From Acidobacteriota bacterium (lineage in GTDB: Bacteria; Acidobacteriota; Thermoanaerobaculia; UBA5066; Gp7-AA6): a stretch of DNA of 48,852 nt. The DNA is taken from positions 1 to 48,852 of the forward strand of contig JBKPMI010000053.1 in the NCBI GenBank assembly GCA_046732075.1, read 5' to 3'. Positions 18,468 to 27,254 of this stretch are shown piece after piece. Every line of letters starts with the position of its first letter. The stretch's first letter is position 1. Position numbers and translations under genes: made by a program. The notes beneath the pieces are model-generated. The model searched no databases. It saw only the letters and a list, made by a program, of their open reading frames with translations, and was not told the DNA's origin.

Positions 18468-19961
18468 GTGCGCGCGACGCTCATCTGTTCCGGGATCCTG
18501 CTGATCTCGTCCCTCGGTCTCGCCCAGGACGTCGACGTTTCGCTCCACAACTGGACGGTGCCGCCCTACAGCGAAGCGTCCGCCGGCGGCATCCACACGA
18601 TGACCGACGCGACACCGCCGCGCGCGTTCGTTGGCGTCGTGCCCTGCAGGGTTGCCGACACGCGCGGCAACGGCGCGCCGATCCAGGGCGGAATCTTCGG
18701 AAACAGCGAAGCTCGAAACTGGACGATCTGGGGTGTCTGCGGGATCCCCGTCGAAGCGGATGCCATCTCGGTCAACTTCACCGTCGTCAGCGCGCCTGCG
18801 ACTCCCCAGGGAGGATTTTTGCTGGCCTGGCCGACTGGTCTGCCTCCGGCCAGCACGACCGCACTCATGACCTATGGCCCGGGCGTCACCGTGATCTCGA
18901 ACGCCGCGATCATTCCCCTGAGCAACGGAGCCGGACAGTTGACAGTAAACGCCAGCCACTCGACGCACATCATCATGGACGTCAACGGCTACTTCACCGA
19001 CAGGCTGAATCCCTTCACGAGCGGTTTTCGTCTGGAAAGCTCGGGTGCGGGAGCCACCGCGAGTTTCCTGAACACCAACACCGGTTGCAGCAACCCGGGA
19101 TGTGCCATTTCCGCAATTACCAACACCGTCGTCGACGGCAAGGCAATCGGCGGCCAGACTCCGACCGGCGGCATCCACTCGGCCGGGGTTTGGGGGCGGC
19201 AAGGCGGTCCACTGTTCATACAGACGGCTTACGGCGGCGCCGGAGTCCGGGGGGAGAGCCACAGCCTCGGTGTTCTCGGTATCACGAACACGGAAGTCGC
19301 CTTCGGAGTAGGAGCCTCCGGTTCACTCCTCAACGCGAACGGAAGCGCCGCTCTCGCCGAGGGGTACCTCGGTTACTACACGGGTGTGTCTTACGGCGTC
19401 TACTCGGCCGGGAATGCTCACGTACAGGGGACGCTCACGGCTGTGACGAAGTCGTTCGTGCAGCCGCACCCGAAGGACGCGAGCAAGGAGATCGAGTATG
19501 TCTCCTTAGAAGGACCTCACTCCGAGGTTTACTTTCGCGGCACGGCGCAGATTTCCCACGGCGTCACGCGGATTGCCATTCCGGAGCACTTTCGGCTCGT
19601 CGCGGATCCAGGTACGTATTCGACTCTCGTCACGCCGGTTGGCGGCATGGCAACCGTTGCCGTCCTCTCCGAAGGCGGAGACGGCATCGTGGTCCAGGCG
19701 TCCCGAAACGTGAAGATCCACTATGTCGTGTACGCCGAGCGCGAGGCGGTACCTCATCCCGATCCGATCGTCGAGAACATCCACTTCCGGCCGAACCCGA
19801 ATACCGATTTCTCCGCGCACCTGCCGGAAAGCTTCCGCCAACTTCTCATCCGTAACGGAACGCTCAACCCGGACGGCACCGTGAATACCGAGACGGTGCG
19901 ACGGCTCGGGTGGGCGTCCGCAACGCAAGCGCCGATGCGAGCGTCCGCGGCTGCTCCCTAG
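18468..19961 (+). CDS. secreted tripartite paralog 3 (C-module intermediate between types A and B)
   Basis: GTG start follows AAGGAGG. It has a signal peptide ending GLAQD and the N-module NWTVPPYSEAS...VPCRVADTRGNGAPIQGGIF. The C-module KSFVQPHPKDASKEIEYVSLEGPHSEVYFRGTAQ... mixes type-A and type-B signatures. Confidence 0.9.
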   Translation: MRATLICSGILLISSLGLAQDVDVSLHNWTVPPYSEASAGGIHTMTDATPPRAFVGVVPCRVADTRGNGAPIQGGIFGNSEARNWTIWGVCGIPVEADAISVNFTVVSAPATPQGGFLLAWPTGLPPASTTALMTYGPGVTVISNAAIIPLSNGAGQLTVNASHSTHIIMDVNGYFTDRLNPFTSGFRLESSGAGATASFLNTNTGCSNPGCAISAITNTVVDGKAIGGQTPTGGIHSAGVWGRQGGPLFIQTAYGGAGVRGESHSLGVLGITNTEVAFGVGASGSLLNANGSAALAEGYLGYYTGVSYGVYSAGNAHVQGTLTAVTKSFVQPHPKDASKEIEYVSLEGPHSEVYFRGTAQISHGVTRIAIPEHFRLVADPGTYSTLVTPVGGMATVAVLSEGGDGIVVQASRNVKIHYVVYAEREAVPHPDPIVENIHFRPNPNTDFSAHLPESFRQLLIRNGTLNPDGTVNTETVRRLGWASATQAPMRASAAAP

Positions 19962-19998
19962 TGGAGTTCCCTTCACGTCTTTGCTTTGGGAGGTACCG

Positions 19999-21492
19999 AT
20001 GCAACGGCAGATCCTGTTCGCCACACTCTTTCTTTCCGCTGCACTTTTCCGGGCCCAGGAGATTCCGCTGAACAACTGGACCGTGCCCCCCTATTCGGCG
20101 GCGTCCGCCGGCGGCATCCATACGATGACCGACGTCATCGCGCCGCGAGCGTTCGTCGCCGTCCAGCCGTGCCGGATCGCCGACACCCGCGGCAACGGCG
20201 CTCCGATCCAGGGTGGAACTTTCGGGAGCAGCGAATCGCGAAACTGGTCGGTGGGCGGAGTTTGCGGCCTTCCGAACGGTTTCAACCCGGCGGCGATCTC
20301 GGTCAACTTCACCGTGGTCAGCGCGGCCGCGACCCCGCAGGGCGCGTTTCTTCTCGCGTGGCCGACCGGATCCCCACCCGCCAACGCCGTGGCGATCATG
20401 ACCTTCGGGCCCGGCACCACGGTCATCTCGAACGCGGCGATCGTGCCGATTAACGCCGCAGCGCAGTTGACGGTCAACGTGAGCAACTCGACTCACGTCA
20501 TCATGGACGTGAACAGCTACTTCAGCGATGCCCCCGCGAACCCGGCCAGCAGTCTCCTGCTGGTGACCTCCGGTGGCGCTCCGACGGCAAACTTCCGCAA
20601 CGCCTCATCAGCCTGCGCCATCAACGGATGCGCGATCAACGGAAGCGCCGACACGAACTCCGGCACGGCCGTCGCGGGCGTTGCTCCCTTTGGGGGAAGC
20701 AGCTCCGCCGGGCTCTTCGGCAGCCAGGGGATCCCGGCGCTCGGGAATCACCTTCCGGCGCCCGGGTATCCCGGGGCGGGCGTTCGCGGCGAGAGCCGCA
20801 CGCTGGGGGTCCTCGGCATCACGAACTCGAGCGTTGCCGGCAGCGTCGCCGTCGCGGGTTCGCTCCTCAACACCTCCGGCGCACCCCTGGCCGAGGGATA
20901 CGTCGGCTATCACACCGCGGGCCTGAACTACGGGCTCTTCACGACGGCGAACCTCGGGGGCGCCGGATCGAAGTTTTTCGTGGAGCCTCACCCCACGGAC
21001 GCCTCCAAGGTCATTCGGTACATCTCGCTCGAGGGACCCGAGACGGGAACGTACTTCCGCGGCCGCGGGAAGTTTCAGCGCGGGATGGCGCGGATCGCGG
21101 TCCCCGAAGACTTCCGGATGGTGACCGCGGAGGACGGCCTGAGCGTCCAGGTCACTCCGATCGGAGGGATGGCTTCGGTCGGAGTCCTGAGGGTGAACCT
21201 GAACGAAATCGTCATCGCCGGGTCGAGGGATCTCGAGTTCTATTACACGGTCAACGGTATCCGGCGAACGCAGAAGCATCTGACTTCTCCAATCGGCGAG
21301 GGCACCGAGTTCATGCCTCGATCGCCGGATGCGCAGATGCCGCTGTCGTTCAGCGAGGAGCAGAGGCGCCTCCTCATACAGAACGGGACATACAAGGCGG
21401 ACGGCACGGTCAACCTGGAAACCGCCCGCCGATTGGGGTGGGACCGGACATGGGAAGAGCGCTCACACCCCGGCCCGCAACCCGCCGAGTAG
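19999..21492 (+). CDS. secreted tripartite paralog 4 (type-B C-module)
   Basis: ATG at 19999 follows GGGAGG, giving MQRQILFATLFLSAALFRAQE. It has N-module NWTVPPYSAAS...QPCRIADTRGNGAPIQGGTF and C-module KFFVEPHPTDASKVIRYISLEGPETGTYFRGRGKFQRG. Confidence 0.9.
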   Translation: MQRQILFATLFLSAALFRAQEIPLNNWTVPPYSAASAGGIHTMTDVIAPRAFVAVQPCRIADTRGNGAPIQGGTFGSSESRNWSVGGVCGLPNGFNPAAISVNFTVVSAAATPQGAFLLAWPTGSPPANAVAIMTFGPGTTVISNAAIVPINAAAQLTVNVSNSTHVIMDVNSYFSDAPANPASSLLLVTSGGAPTANFRNASSACAINGCAINGSADTNSGTAVAGVAPFGGSSSAGLFGSQGIPALGNHLPAPGYPGAGVRGESRTLGVLGITNSSVAGSVAVAGSLLNTSGAPLAEGYVGYHTAGLNYGLFTTANLGGAGSKFFVEPHPTDASKVIRYISLEGPETGTYFRGRGKFQRGMARIAVPEDFRMVTAEDGLSVQVTPIGGMASVGVLRVNLNEIVIAGSRDLEFYYTVNGIRRTQKHLTSPIGEGTEFMPRSPDAQMPLSFSEEQRRLLIQNGTYKADGTVNLETARRLGWDRTWEERSHPGPQPAE

Positions 21493-21543
21493 AGCAAATT
21501 CCCGCGAAGCGTGGAACTCTCTTCCGATTTCAGGAGGTGGTGA

Positions 21544-23172
21544 ATGCACAGAACTCTCCGTCTGGTGCTTCTCGGCGGACTCGTTTCCTCCTTCGGCGTA
21601 GCGCAAGAAGTGAACGTGCCGCTACAGAACTGGACCGTTCCACCGTACACGACGGCTTCGACCGGCGGCATCCGCACGATGACCGACGTCTCGGGTCCGC
21701 GGCCCTTCGTGCCGATCGTGCCGTGCCGGGTCGCCGACACGCGTGGCAACGGGGCTCCGATCACAGGAGGCATCTTTGCCAATAGCGAGGCGCGTGACTG
21801 GCTGATCTGGGGCAAGTGTGGGATTCCCTCGGGCGCGGATGCGATCTCCGTCAACTTCACCGTCGTGAGCGCGGCGGCGACGCCGCAGGGCGCCTTTCTT
21901 CTCGCATGGCCGACGGGATCGCCGCCGCCTCCCGGCTCCATCACGGCGATCGTCACCTACGGTCCGGGCGTCACGGTCATCTCCAACGCCGCGATCGTCC
22001 CCCTCGGGCAAAGCGCCGGACAGATGACCGTGAACGTCAGCAACTCGACCCACATCATCATGGACGTCAACGGGTACTTCTCCGACATCCTTCAGATGCC
22101 CTTGAACGGCTTCGCGGTCAGGAACGAGTCGAACGCGATCCCGACCATGGACGTCCGAAATGACGCCTCGAACTGCACGCTCCCGGACGGCTGTGCGATT
22201 CGCGCATCGAGTTTTACTGGAAATGCCGTCTCGGGTTACGCGCAGCAGCCCGGCACGGCCGCCACGTACGGGGTTCGAGGAAGTGTCTCGTCGCAGGGGC
22301 CGCTCGCCGCAGGCGTGAAAGGCGAGGGCTATTACAGAGGCATCCACGGGGCGGGAGCAAACGTCACCGACGCCTCGGGAGTCTTCGGAAACTTCGGCGT
22401 CACCCTGGTGGTCGGTAGTTCCTATGGTCCGTACCTCCCGCACGGCGTTCGAGGAGAGGGGTCGCTGGGAGGCGTGCTCGGAATCTCGCCCTACGAGGGC
22501 GTCGCCGGCTCTCTGCTCAACGCCTCGGGCGGCGAGATCGCGTGGGGCGCACTCGGTCTCGCGCTGAACGTCGCCACCGACCCGGGCTGCCCCACGAATC
22601 CCTGCAGCGGCCCCTGGGCGGTCATGGCCGGCGGCAACATCGGCGCCACCGGAAACAAGTATTTTCTGGAACCGCACCCGACAGATCCCAACCTCTCAAT
22701 CGCGTACATTTCACTCGAGGGGCCGGAGGCCGGAACGTATTTCCGCGGCCGCGGGCGGTTCCTGAACGGCACCGCACGGATCCCGGTGCCGGAGCACTTT
22801 CGTCTCGTCACCGATCCGGAAGGTCTGACGGTTCAGATCACGCCGATCGGCGAAATGGCGAGCTTCGCCGTCGTTCGGATGGGACTCGACGAGATCGTCG
22901 TAAAGGCGTCGCGCAACGTCGAGTTCTCGTATCTGGTGCAGGGAGTTCGGGCGAGCTTCCGGGACGCGCAGCCGTTGCGGCAGGGGGGCGATTTCATGCC
23001 GAGATCTCCGGACGCGAAAATGCCGCTCTGGCTCTCTCCGGCGCAGAGACGGACTCTCGTTCGGAACGGAACGTATCGCGAGGACGGCACCGTTAACATG
23101 GAGACCGCCCGACACCTCGGTTGGGACAAGGTCTGGGAAGAGCACGCGCCGGGCGGACCCGAAGAACGCTAG
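21544..23172 (+). CDS. secreted tripartite paralog 5 (type-B C-module)
   Basis: ATG follows CAGGAGG. The signal peptide is MHRTLRLVLLGGLVSSFGVAQE. It has N-module NWTVPPYTTAS...VPCRVADTRGNGAPITGGIF, a long Gly-rich core and C-module KYFLEPHPTDPNLSIAYISLEGPEAGTYFRGRGRF. Confidence 0.9.
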   Translation: MHRTLRLVLLGGLVSSFGVAQEVNVPLQNWTVPPYTTASTGGIRTMTDVSGPRPFVPIVPCRVADTRGNGAPITGGIFANSEARDWLIWGKCGIPSGADAISVNFTVVSAAATPQGAFLLAWPTGSPPPPGSITAIVTYGPGVTVISNAAIVPLGQSAGQMTVNVSNSTHIIMDVNGYFSDILQMPLNGFAVRNESNAIPTMDVRNDASNCTLPDGCAIRASSFTGNAVSGYAQQPGTAATYGVRGSVSSQGPLAAGVKGEGYYRGIHGAGANVTDASGVFGNFGVTLVVGSSYGPYLPHGVRGEGSLGGVLGISPYEGVAGSLLNASGGEIAWGALGLALNVATDPGCPTNPCSGPWAVMAGGNIGATGNKYFLEPHPTDPNLSIAYISLEGPEAGTYFRGRGRFLNGTARIPVPEHFRLVTDPEGLTVQITPIGEMASFAVVRMGLDEIVVKASRNVEFSYLVQGVRASFRDAQPLRQGGDFMPRSPDAKMPLWLSPAQRRTLVRNGTYREDGTVNMETARHLGWDKVWEEHAPGGPEER

Positions 23173-23195
23173 TTTCCGCGTTTCGCACGAACACC

Positions 23196-23229
23196 AAAGC
23201 CCCGGCTCGCGCCGGGGCTTTCGTTTTTT
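23196..23229 (+). terminator. rho-independent terminator (hairpin family 1), between convergent genes
   Basis: AAA-GCCCCGGC-TCGC-GCCGGGGC-TTTCGTTTTTT. The identical 20-nt hairpin recurs at 27216 and 30994. Confidence 0.8.
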
Positions 23230-23241
23230 CAGACGCCGGGG

Positions 23242-25248
23242 CTACTCCGCCAGGCCGGCGCGACGGAGCAACTCCGGAAAGCGGGGATCCCCGCGGAGGG
23301 GGTCGTAAAGCGGATCGACCTTCAACGCCGGATGGACGATCCGCTCCCGGAACAGGTTCTCCAGCAACGCGAGCGCCTTTTCCTTCTCGTTCACGCCGAT
23401 GTAGGCGATCGGAAGCATCACCATCGGGTTCCGTGGCTCGCGGCGTGCGAACTCCTCCAGCCTTTCGAGCGCGCGGCGAGCTTCGGCGTCGCGGCCCTGG
23501 CGCCCGTACACGTAGACTTCGGCTGCCCAGTTCCACGGCCCGTCATCGATCTGGCGCCATTTCTCGATTTCTGCGAGCGCCTCGTCGAACATCTGCTTCT
23601 GCGAGTACGCCCACACGATCGTGTAAGCCCGCGGAAACGCCGCATCTCTCTCGATCACGGCGCGAAATCGTTCGATGGCGCGGTCGTACTGGCGGGCGTA
23701 GTACAGGATCGCACCGTCGTCCGCGGCGATGATCAGCGACAATGGATCGAGCCGGCGCGCGCGATCGCTTTCTTCGAGCGCCTCGCGAAATCGTCCCTGG
23801 AAAGACAGCAGCTCGGCATACCAATGGTGCGCCGTGGCGTAGCTCGGATTCAGCTGGATGGCACGGCGAAACTCTTTCTCGGCGGCCTTCCAATCCCAGT
23901 CATATCTTTCGTGGATCAGCGCGAGGGAGTTGTGGGCCTCGGCCAGACGATCGTCGAGCTCGAGCGCCCGCAGCGCGGCCGAGCGCGCCTTCGGCATGAG
24001 CTCCTTCGCCGATCCCGGGCTGTAGGTGCTCATCAGCGCGTAGGTATCGGCCACGCCGGCGTAAGCCCGTGCGTACGTCGGATCCTTTTCCGCCGCCCGC
24101 TCGAAATGCTCCACGGCCTTCGCGAAGTCCTCCCCCGTCCGCTTGTTCCAGAAGTGGCGGCCCTTGAGATAGAGGTCGTACGCTTCGTACGACTCCGGTG
24201 AAAGCGGCGCTGGATGGCCGTCGATCCGAGTCCCGGGAGCGAGCGTCAGATCGATCTCGTTCGCGACAGCCTGCGCGATCTCCTCCTGGACCGCGAGCAC
24301 GCTCTTCACTTCACGGTCGTACTGCCGGGCCCAGAGATGCGTCCCATCGCGCACCTGAATGAGCTGGGCGCTGATCCGCATCCGGTTTGCTTCACGCCGG
24401 ACACTGCCTTCGAGCAGGTAGTCGATGCGGAGATCCCGGCCGATCTGATCGAGCCGCGCCCGATTGCGTTTGTAGGGCATGACCGATGTGCGCGCGATTA
24501 CCCCGAGCCGCTGGGGGTCGAATGCCCCCAGTCGACTGATCATTTCCTCGGTCAAACCATCGCTGAAGTATTCCTGGGAAGGATCGCCCGTGAGGTTCTC
24601 GAACGGCAGCACCGCCATCATCAACCGTCCGCCGACCGGCGGAGCTTTGCTTCTCTGAAGGTAGATGAGCGGAGCGACGATCAGGAGGAGCCCGAGGCCG
24701 AGCAGGATCGGCCAGCGGCCGGAAACGGGATTGGCGCGGAGGTTTTCGCCTTTCCTCGCGGGGGTCTCCGCCGGTTCGACGGAAGGGGCGGGAACCGCGG
24801 AAGCCGAAGCAGCAGAGGCGGGCGGTGCTTCCTCCACGACCGCCGCGACGAACCGGTAACCCTTTCCGGTGACGGTCTGGATGACCCGGGGCTTCTCCGG
24901 GTCGTCTCGCAACGCCTGCCGGAGCTTGCGGATGGCGCCGTTGATGCTGTTGTCGGTATCCAGAAAGACTTCCCTGCCCCAGACCCGCTCGACGATCTCG
25001 TCCCGGCTGACGAGCTGTCCCTTCCTTTCGACGAGGAGGAGCAGGATTTCCATCGGAATCCGCTCGAGCTTGAGCGGACGTCCCGAGCGGCGCAGCTCGT
25101 AGGCGCGGGGGTCGAGCTCGAAAATCTGCCCGAATCGGAGAGGCCGCGGGATCCTGGCGGGGTCGGGTTCCACGGTGGTCGTCCCCGGCTTCCGGGGAGC
25201 GTGACTGTACATCGGCTCCGAATTCGCGGCAAATCCAAACGGCACCAC
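23242..25248 (-). CDS. membrane-anchored CadC/ToxR-like transcriptional regulator (OmpR/PhoB-type winged helix + TM + TPR), copy 1
   Basis: 668-aa ORF. The N-terminal trans_reg_C-like domain reads ELRRSGRPLKLERIPMEILLLLVERKGQLVSRDEIVERVWG...TVTGKGYRF. A single TM helix (WPILLGLGLLLIVAPLIYL) and the MAVLPFENLTGDP...YFSDGLTEEMISRLG region follow, then multiple TPR-like repeats. Confidence 0.85.
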   Translation of the reverse strand: MVPFGFAANSEPMYSHAPRKPGTTTVEPDPARIPRPLRFGQIFELDPRAYELRRSGRPLKLERIPMEILLLLVERKGQLVSRDEIVERVWGREVFLDTDNSINGAIRKLRQALRDDPEKPRVIQTVTGKGYRFVAAVVEEAPPASAASASAVPAPSVEPAETPARKGENLRANPVSGRWPILLGLGLLLIVAPLIYLQRSKAPPVGGRLMMAVLPFENLTGDPSQEYFSDGLTEEMISRLGAFDPQRLGVIARTSVMPYKRNRARLDQIGRDLRIDYLLEGSVRREANRMRISAQLIQVRDGTHLWARQYDREVKSVLAVQEEIAQAVANEIDLTLAPGTRIDGHPAPLSPESYEAYDLYLKGRHFWNKRTGEDFAKAVEHFERAAEKDPTYARAYAGVADTYALMSTYSPGSAKELMPKARSAALRALELDDRLAEAHNSLALIHERYDWDWKAAEKEFRRAIQLNPSYATAHHWYAELLSFQGRFREALEESDRARRLDPLSLIIAADDGAILYYARQYDRAIERFRAVIERDAAFPRAYTIVWAYSQKQMFDEALAEIEKWRQIDDGPWNWAAEVYVYGRQGRDAEARRALERLEEFARREPRNPMVMLPIAYIGVNEKEKALALLENLFRERIVHPALKVDPLYDPLRGDPRFPELLRRAGLAE

Positions 25249-25346
25249 TTCTTGCGCCGACAGGAAAGCCCCAGCACCTCGACAGCCCTTCGCTATTGCC
25301 GGGGCCCCTTGCCGCCGCCAGCGTGCCCTCGGAAAGGAGCCGAACC

Positions 25347-27188
25347 ATGAAGAGGGCTCGAGTTTCGCGGAAGGAGTCGAGCGCGCGTCATCCAGGCGAC
25401 CTCATCGGCAGGTCGCAGAGGACGCCTCTTCGAAGGACGGTCATGTCTGCGGGCCTCGCGGCGGTTCTGATCACTTCGAGCCTGTCCGCCCAGGATGTTC
25501 CCCTCCACAACTGGACGGTTCCGCCCTATTCGGCGACCAGCGGCAGCGGGATCCACACGATGACCGACGCGACGCCGCCCCGCGCCTTCGTGGGACTCGT
25601 CCCCTGCCGCGTCGCGGACACCCGGGGCAACGGCGCTCCGATCCAAGGCGGCATCTTCGGCAACAGCACGGCGCGCGACTGGACGGTGTCGGGAATTTGC
25701 GGGATCCCGGCGGGCGCCGATGCGATCTCCGTCAACTTCACCGTCGTCAGTACCGCGGCGACTCCGCAGGGAGCATTCCTTCTCGCCTGGCCGACCGGAT
25801 CGCCGCCTGCCAACCCGGTGGCGATCATGACCTACGGTCCCGGTGTCACGGTCATTTCCAACGCGGCGATCGTGCCGCTGAACGGATCCGGGCAGCTGAC
25901 CGTCAACGTCAGCCATTCGACGCACGTCATCATGGACGTCAACGGGTACTTTTCCGACAGGATCGGGAACCCGGCCAACTACCTCGAACTGTGGAACAAC
26001 GCTCCCGGCCTCCCGACGGCGTTCATCGTCAATTCTTCGACCGCGGACAATTCCTCCGGCGTATACGGCGTGGCCGCGGGCGGCGCGGCCACTCCGCTCT
26101 ATCCGGCGGCAGGCGTGCACGGGGAGAGTCCGTTCTTGGGCGTTCTCGGCGCCTCGTTTGCGCGGGGCGTCGTCGGAAGCCTCATGTCAACGCCGAACCC
26201 TTTCTCGTCGGAGCTCGCCCAAGGAATTCTCGCCTACCATGTCGACATTGCCGATCCCGCGATCCATGGTCTGGACGTCGGCGCCTTCGGCCAAACGGCA
26301 AGCTCGGTCGCCCAGTCGGCCGGCGTCATCGGCTACAACACAGCGCAGACCGGTGCGGTGGCCGGCGTCCGCGGCGTCATCGGCAGTCAGTCCGCCGGCG
26401 CGGCCGGGGTGCGGGGGCAGGACGGAGGGGGCGCTGTCGGTAACCCCAACGGTCAAAAGGCCGAATTCCCTTACCGAGCGAGCACCGGAGTACGGGGCGA
26501 ATCCCACCTGAACAACGGAGTCTTCGGGCTCACGAACCTGGGAATTGGGGTCATGGGCGAGGCGATCAACGCCAATGGTTTTGTCAATGCGTACGGCTTT
26601 CTGGGCCGCGGCGGCAACACGAATCTGGGCGTCTACGCGGGCGGAAGCTTCGAGGCCAGCGGGTCGAAGAGCTTCGTGGACCCGCATCCCACTGACCCAT
26701 CGAAAGTGATCCGGTATTACTCGCTCGAAGGACCCGAGTCCGGCACGTATTTCCGGGGGCGGGGAAAGTTCGAGCGCGGGATCGCGCAAATCACCGTGCC
26801 CGACGACTTCCGCATGGTCACGGATCCCGGCGGTCTCACCGTGCAGGTGACCCCGATCGGCAGCATGGCGTCCTTCGCGGTGCTTCGAGCAGATTTGAAC
26901 GAGATCGTCGTGCAGTGCTCGAGAAACGTCGAGTTCTATTACCTGGTCCAGGGAGTCCGCGCGACTCATCCAGATCTCAAACCATTCGGCCCCGGGGACG
27001 AGTTCCGGCCGGAAAGTGCCGACGCCCGGCTCCCCCTCTGGTTGTCGGAAGGTCAGAAACGGCTTCTGATCCAGAACGGCACCTACAACGCGGACGGCAC
27101 GGTCAACATGGAGACCGCGCGTCGTCTCGGGTGGGACAAGATCTGGGAAGAACGCTCCCGACCCGAGCCGCAACCGACGGAACCCTGA
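25347..27188 (+). CDS. secreted tripartite paralog 6 (longest core, type-B C-module)
   Basis: ATG at 25347 follows GAAAGGAG; an alternative start at 25443 gives MSAGLAAVLITSSLSAQD. It has N-module NWTVPPYSATS...VPCRVADTRGNGAPIQGGIF, a G[VI]xG-rich core at about 25953-26663, and C-module SKSFVDPHPTDPSKVIRYYSLEGPESGTYFRGRGKFERG. Confidence 0.85.
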   Translation: MKRARVSRKESSARHPGDLIGRSQRTPLRRTVMSAGLAAVLITSSLSAQDVPLHNWTVPPYSATSGSGIHTMTDATPPRAFVGLVPCRVADTRGNGAPIQGGIFGNSTARDWTVSGICGIPAGADAISVNFTVVSTAATPQGAFLLAWPTGSPPANPVAIMTYGPGVTVISNAAIVPLNGSGQLTVNVSHSTHVIMDVNGYFSDRIGNPANYLELWNNAPGLPTAFIVNSSTADNSSGVYGVAAGGAATPLYPAAGVHGESPFLGVLGASFARGVVGSLMSTPNPFSSELAQGILAYHVDIADPAIHGLDVGAFGQTASSVAQSAGVIGYNTAQTGAVAGVRGVIGSQSAGAAGVRGQDGGGAVGNPNGQKAEFPYRASTGVRGESHLNNGVFGLTNLGIGVMGEAINANGFVNAYGFLGRGGNTNLGVYAGGSFEASGSKSFVDPHPTDPSKVIRYYSLEGPESGTYFRGRGKFERGIAQITVPDDFRMVTDPGGLTVQVTPIGSMASFAVLRADLNEIVVQCSRNVEFYYLVQGVRATHPDLKPFGPGDEFRPESADARLPLWLSEGQKRLLIQNGTYNADGTVNMETARRLGWDKIWEERSRPEPQPTEP

Positions 27189-27210
27189 CTCCGACCATTC
27201 GAGAGCAAAC

Positions 27211-27244
27211 AAAGGGCCCCGGCTCGCGCCGGGGCTTTCGTTTT
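27211..27244 (+). terminator. rho-independent terminator (hairpin family 1)
   Basis: GCCCCGGC-TCGC-GCCGGGGC at 27216-27235, followed by TTTCGTTTT. It lies between paralog 6 and convergent regulator copy 2. Confidence 0.8.
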
Positions 27245-27254
27245 GACGACCAAT

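Noticed and set aside
25261-25346. Possible sigma-54 promoter (GG-N10-GC around the conserved ATTGCCG) in the regulator/fibre intergenic regions.
   Set aside because: Counting back from the TTGC gives CC, not GG, at the -24 position in copy 1. No enhancer-binding protein gene is nearby. Only conserved blocks are reported instead.
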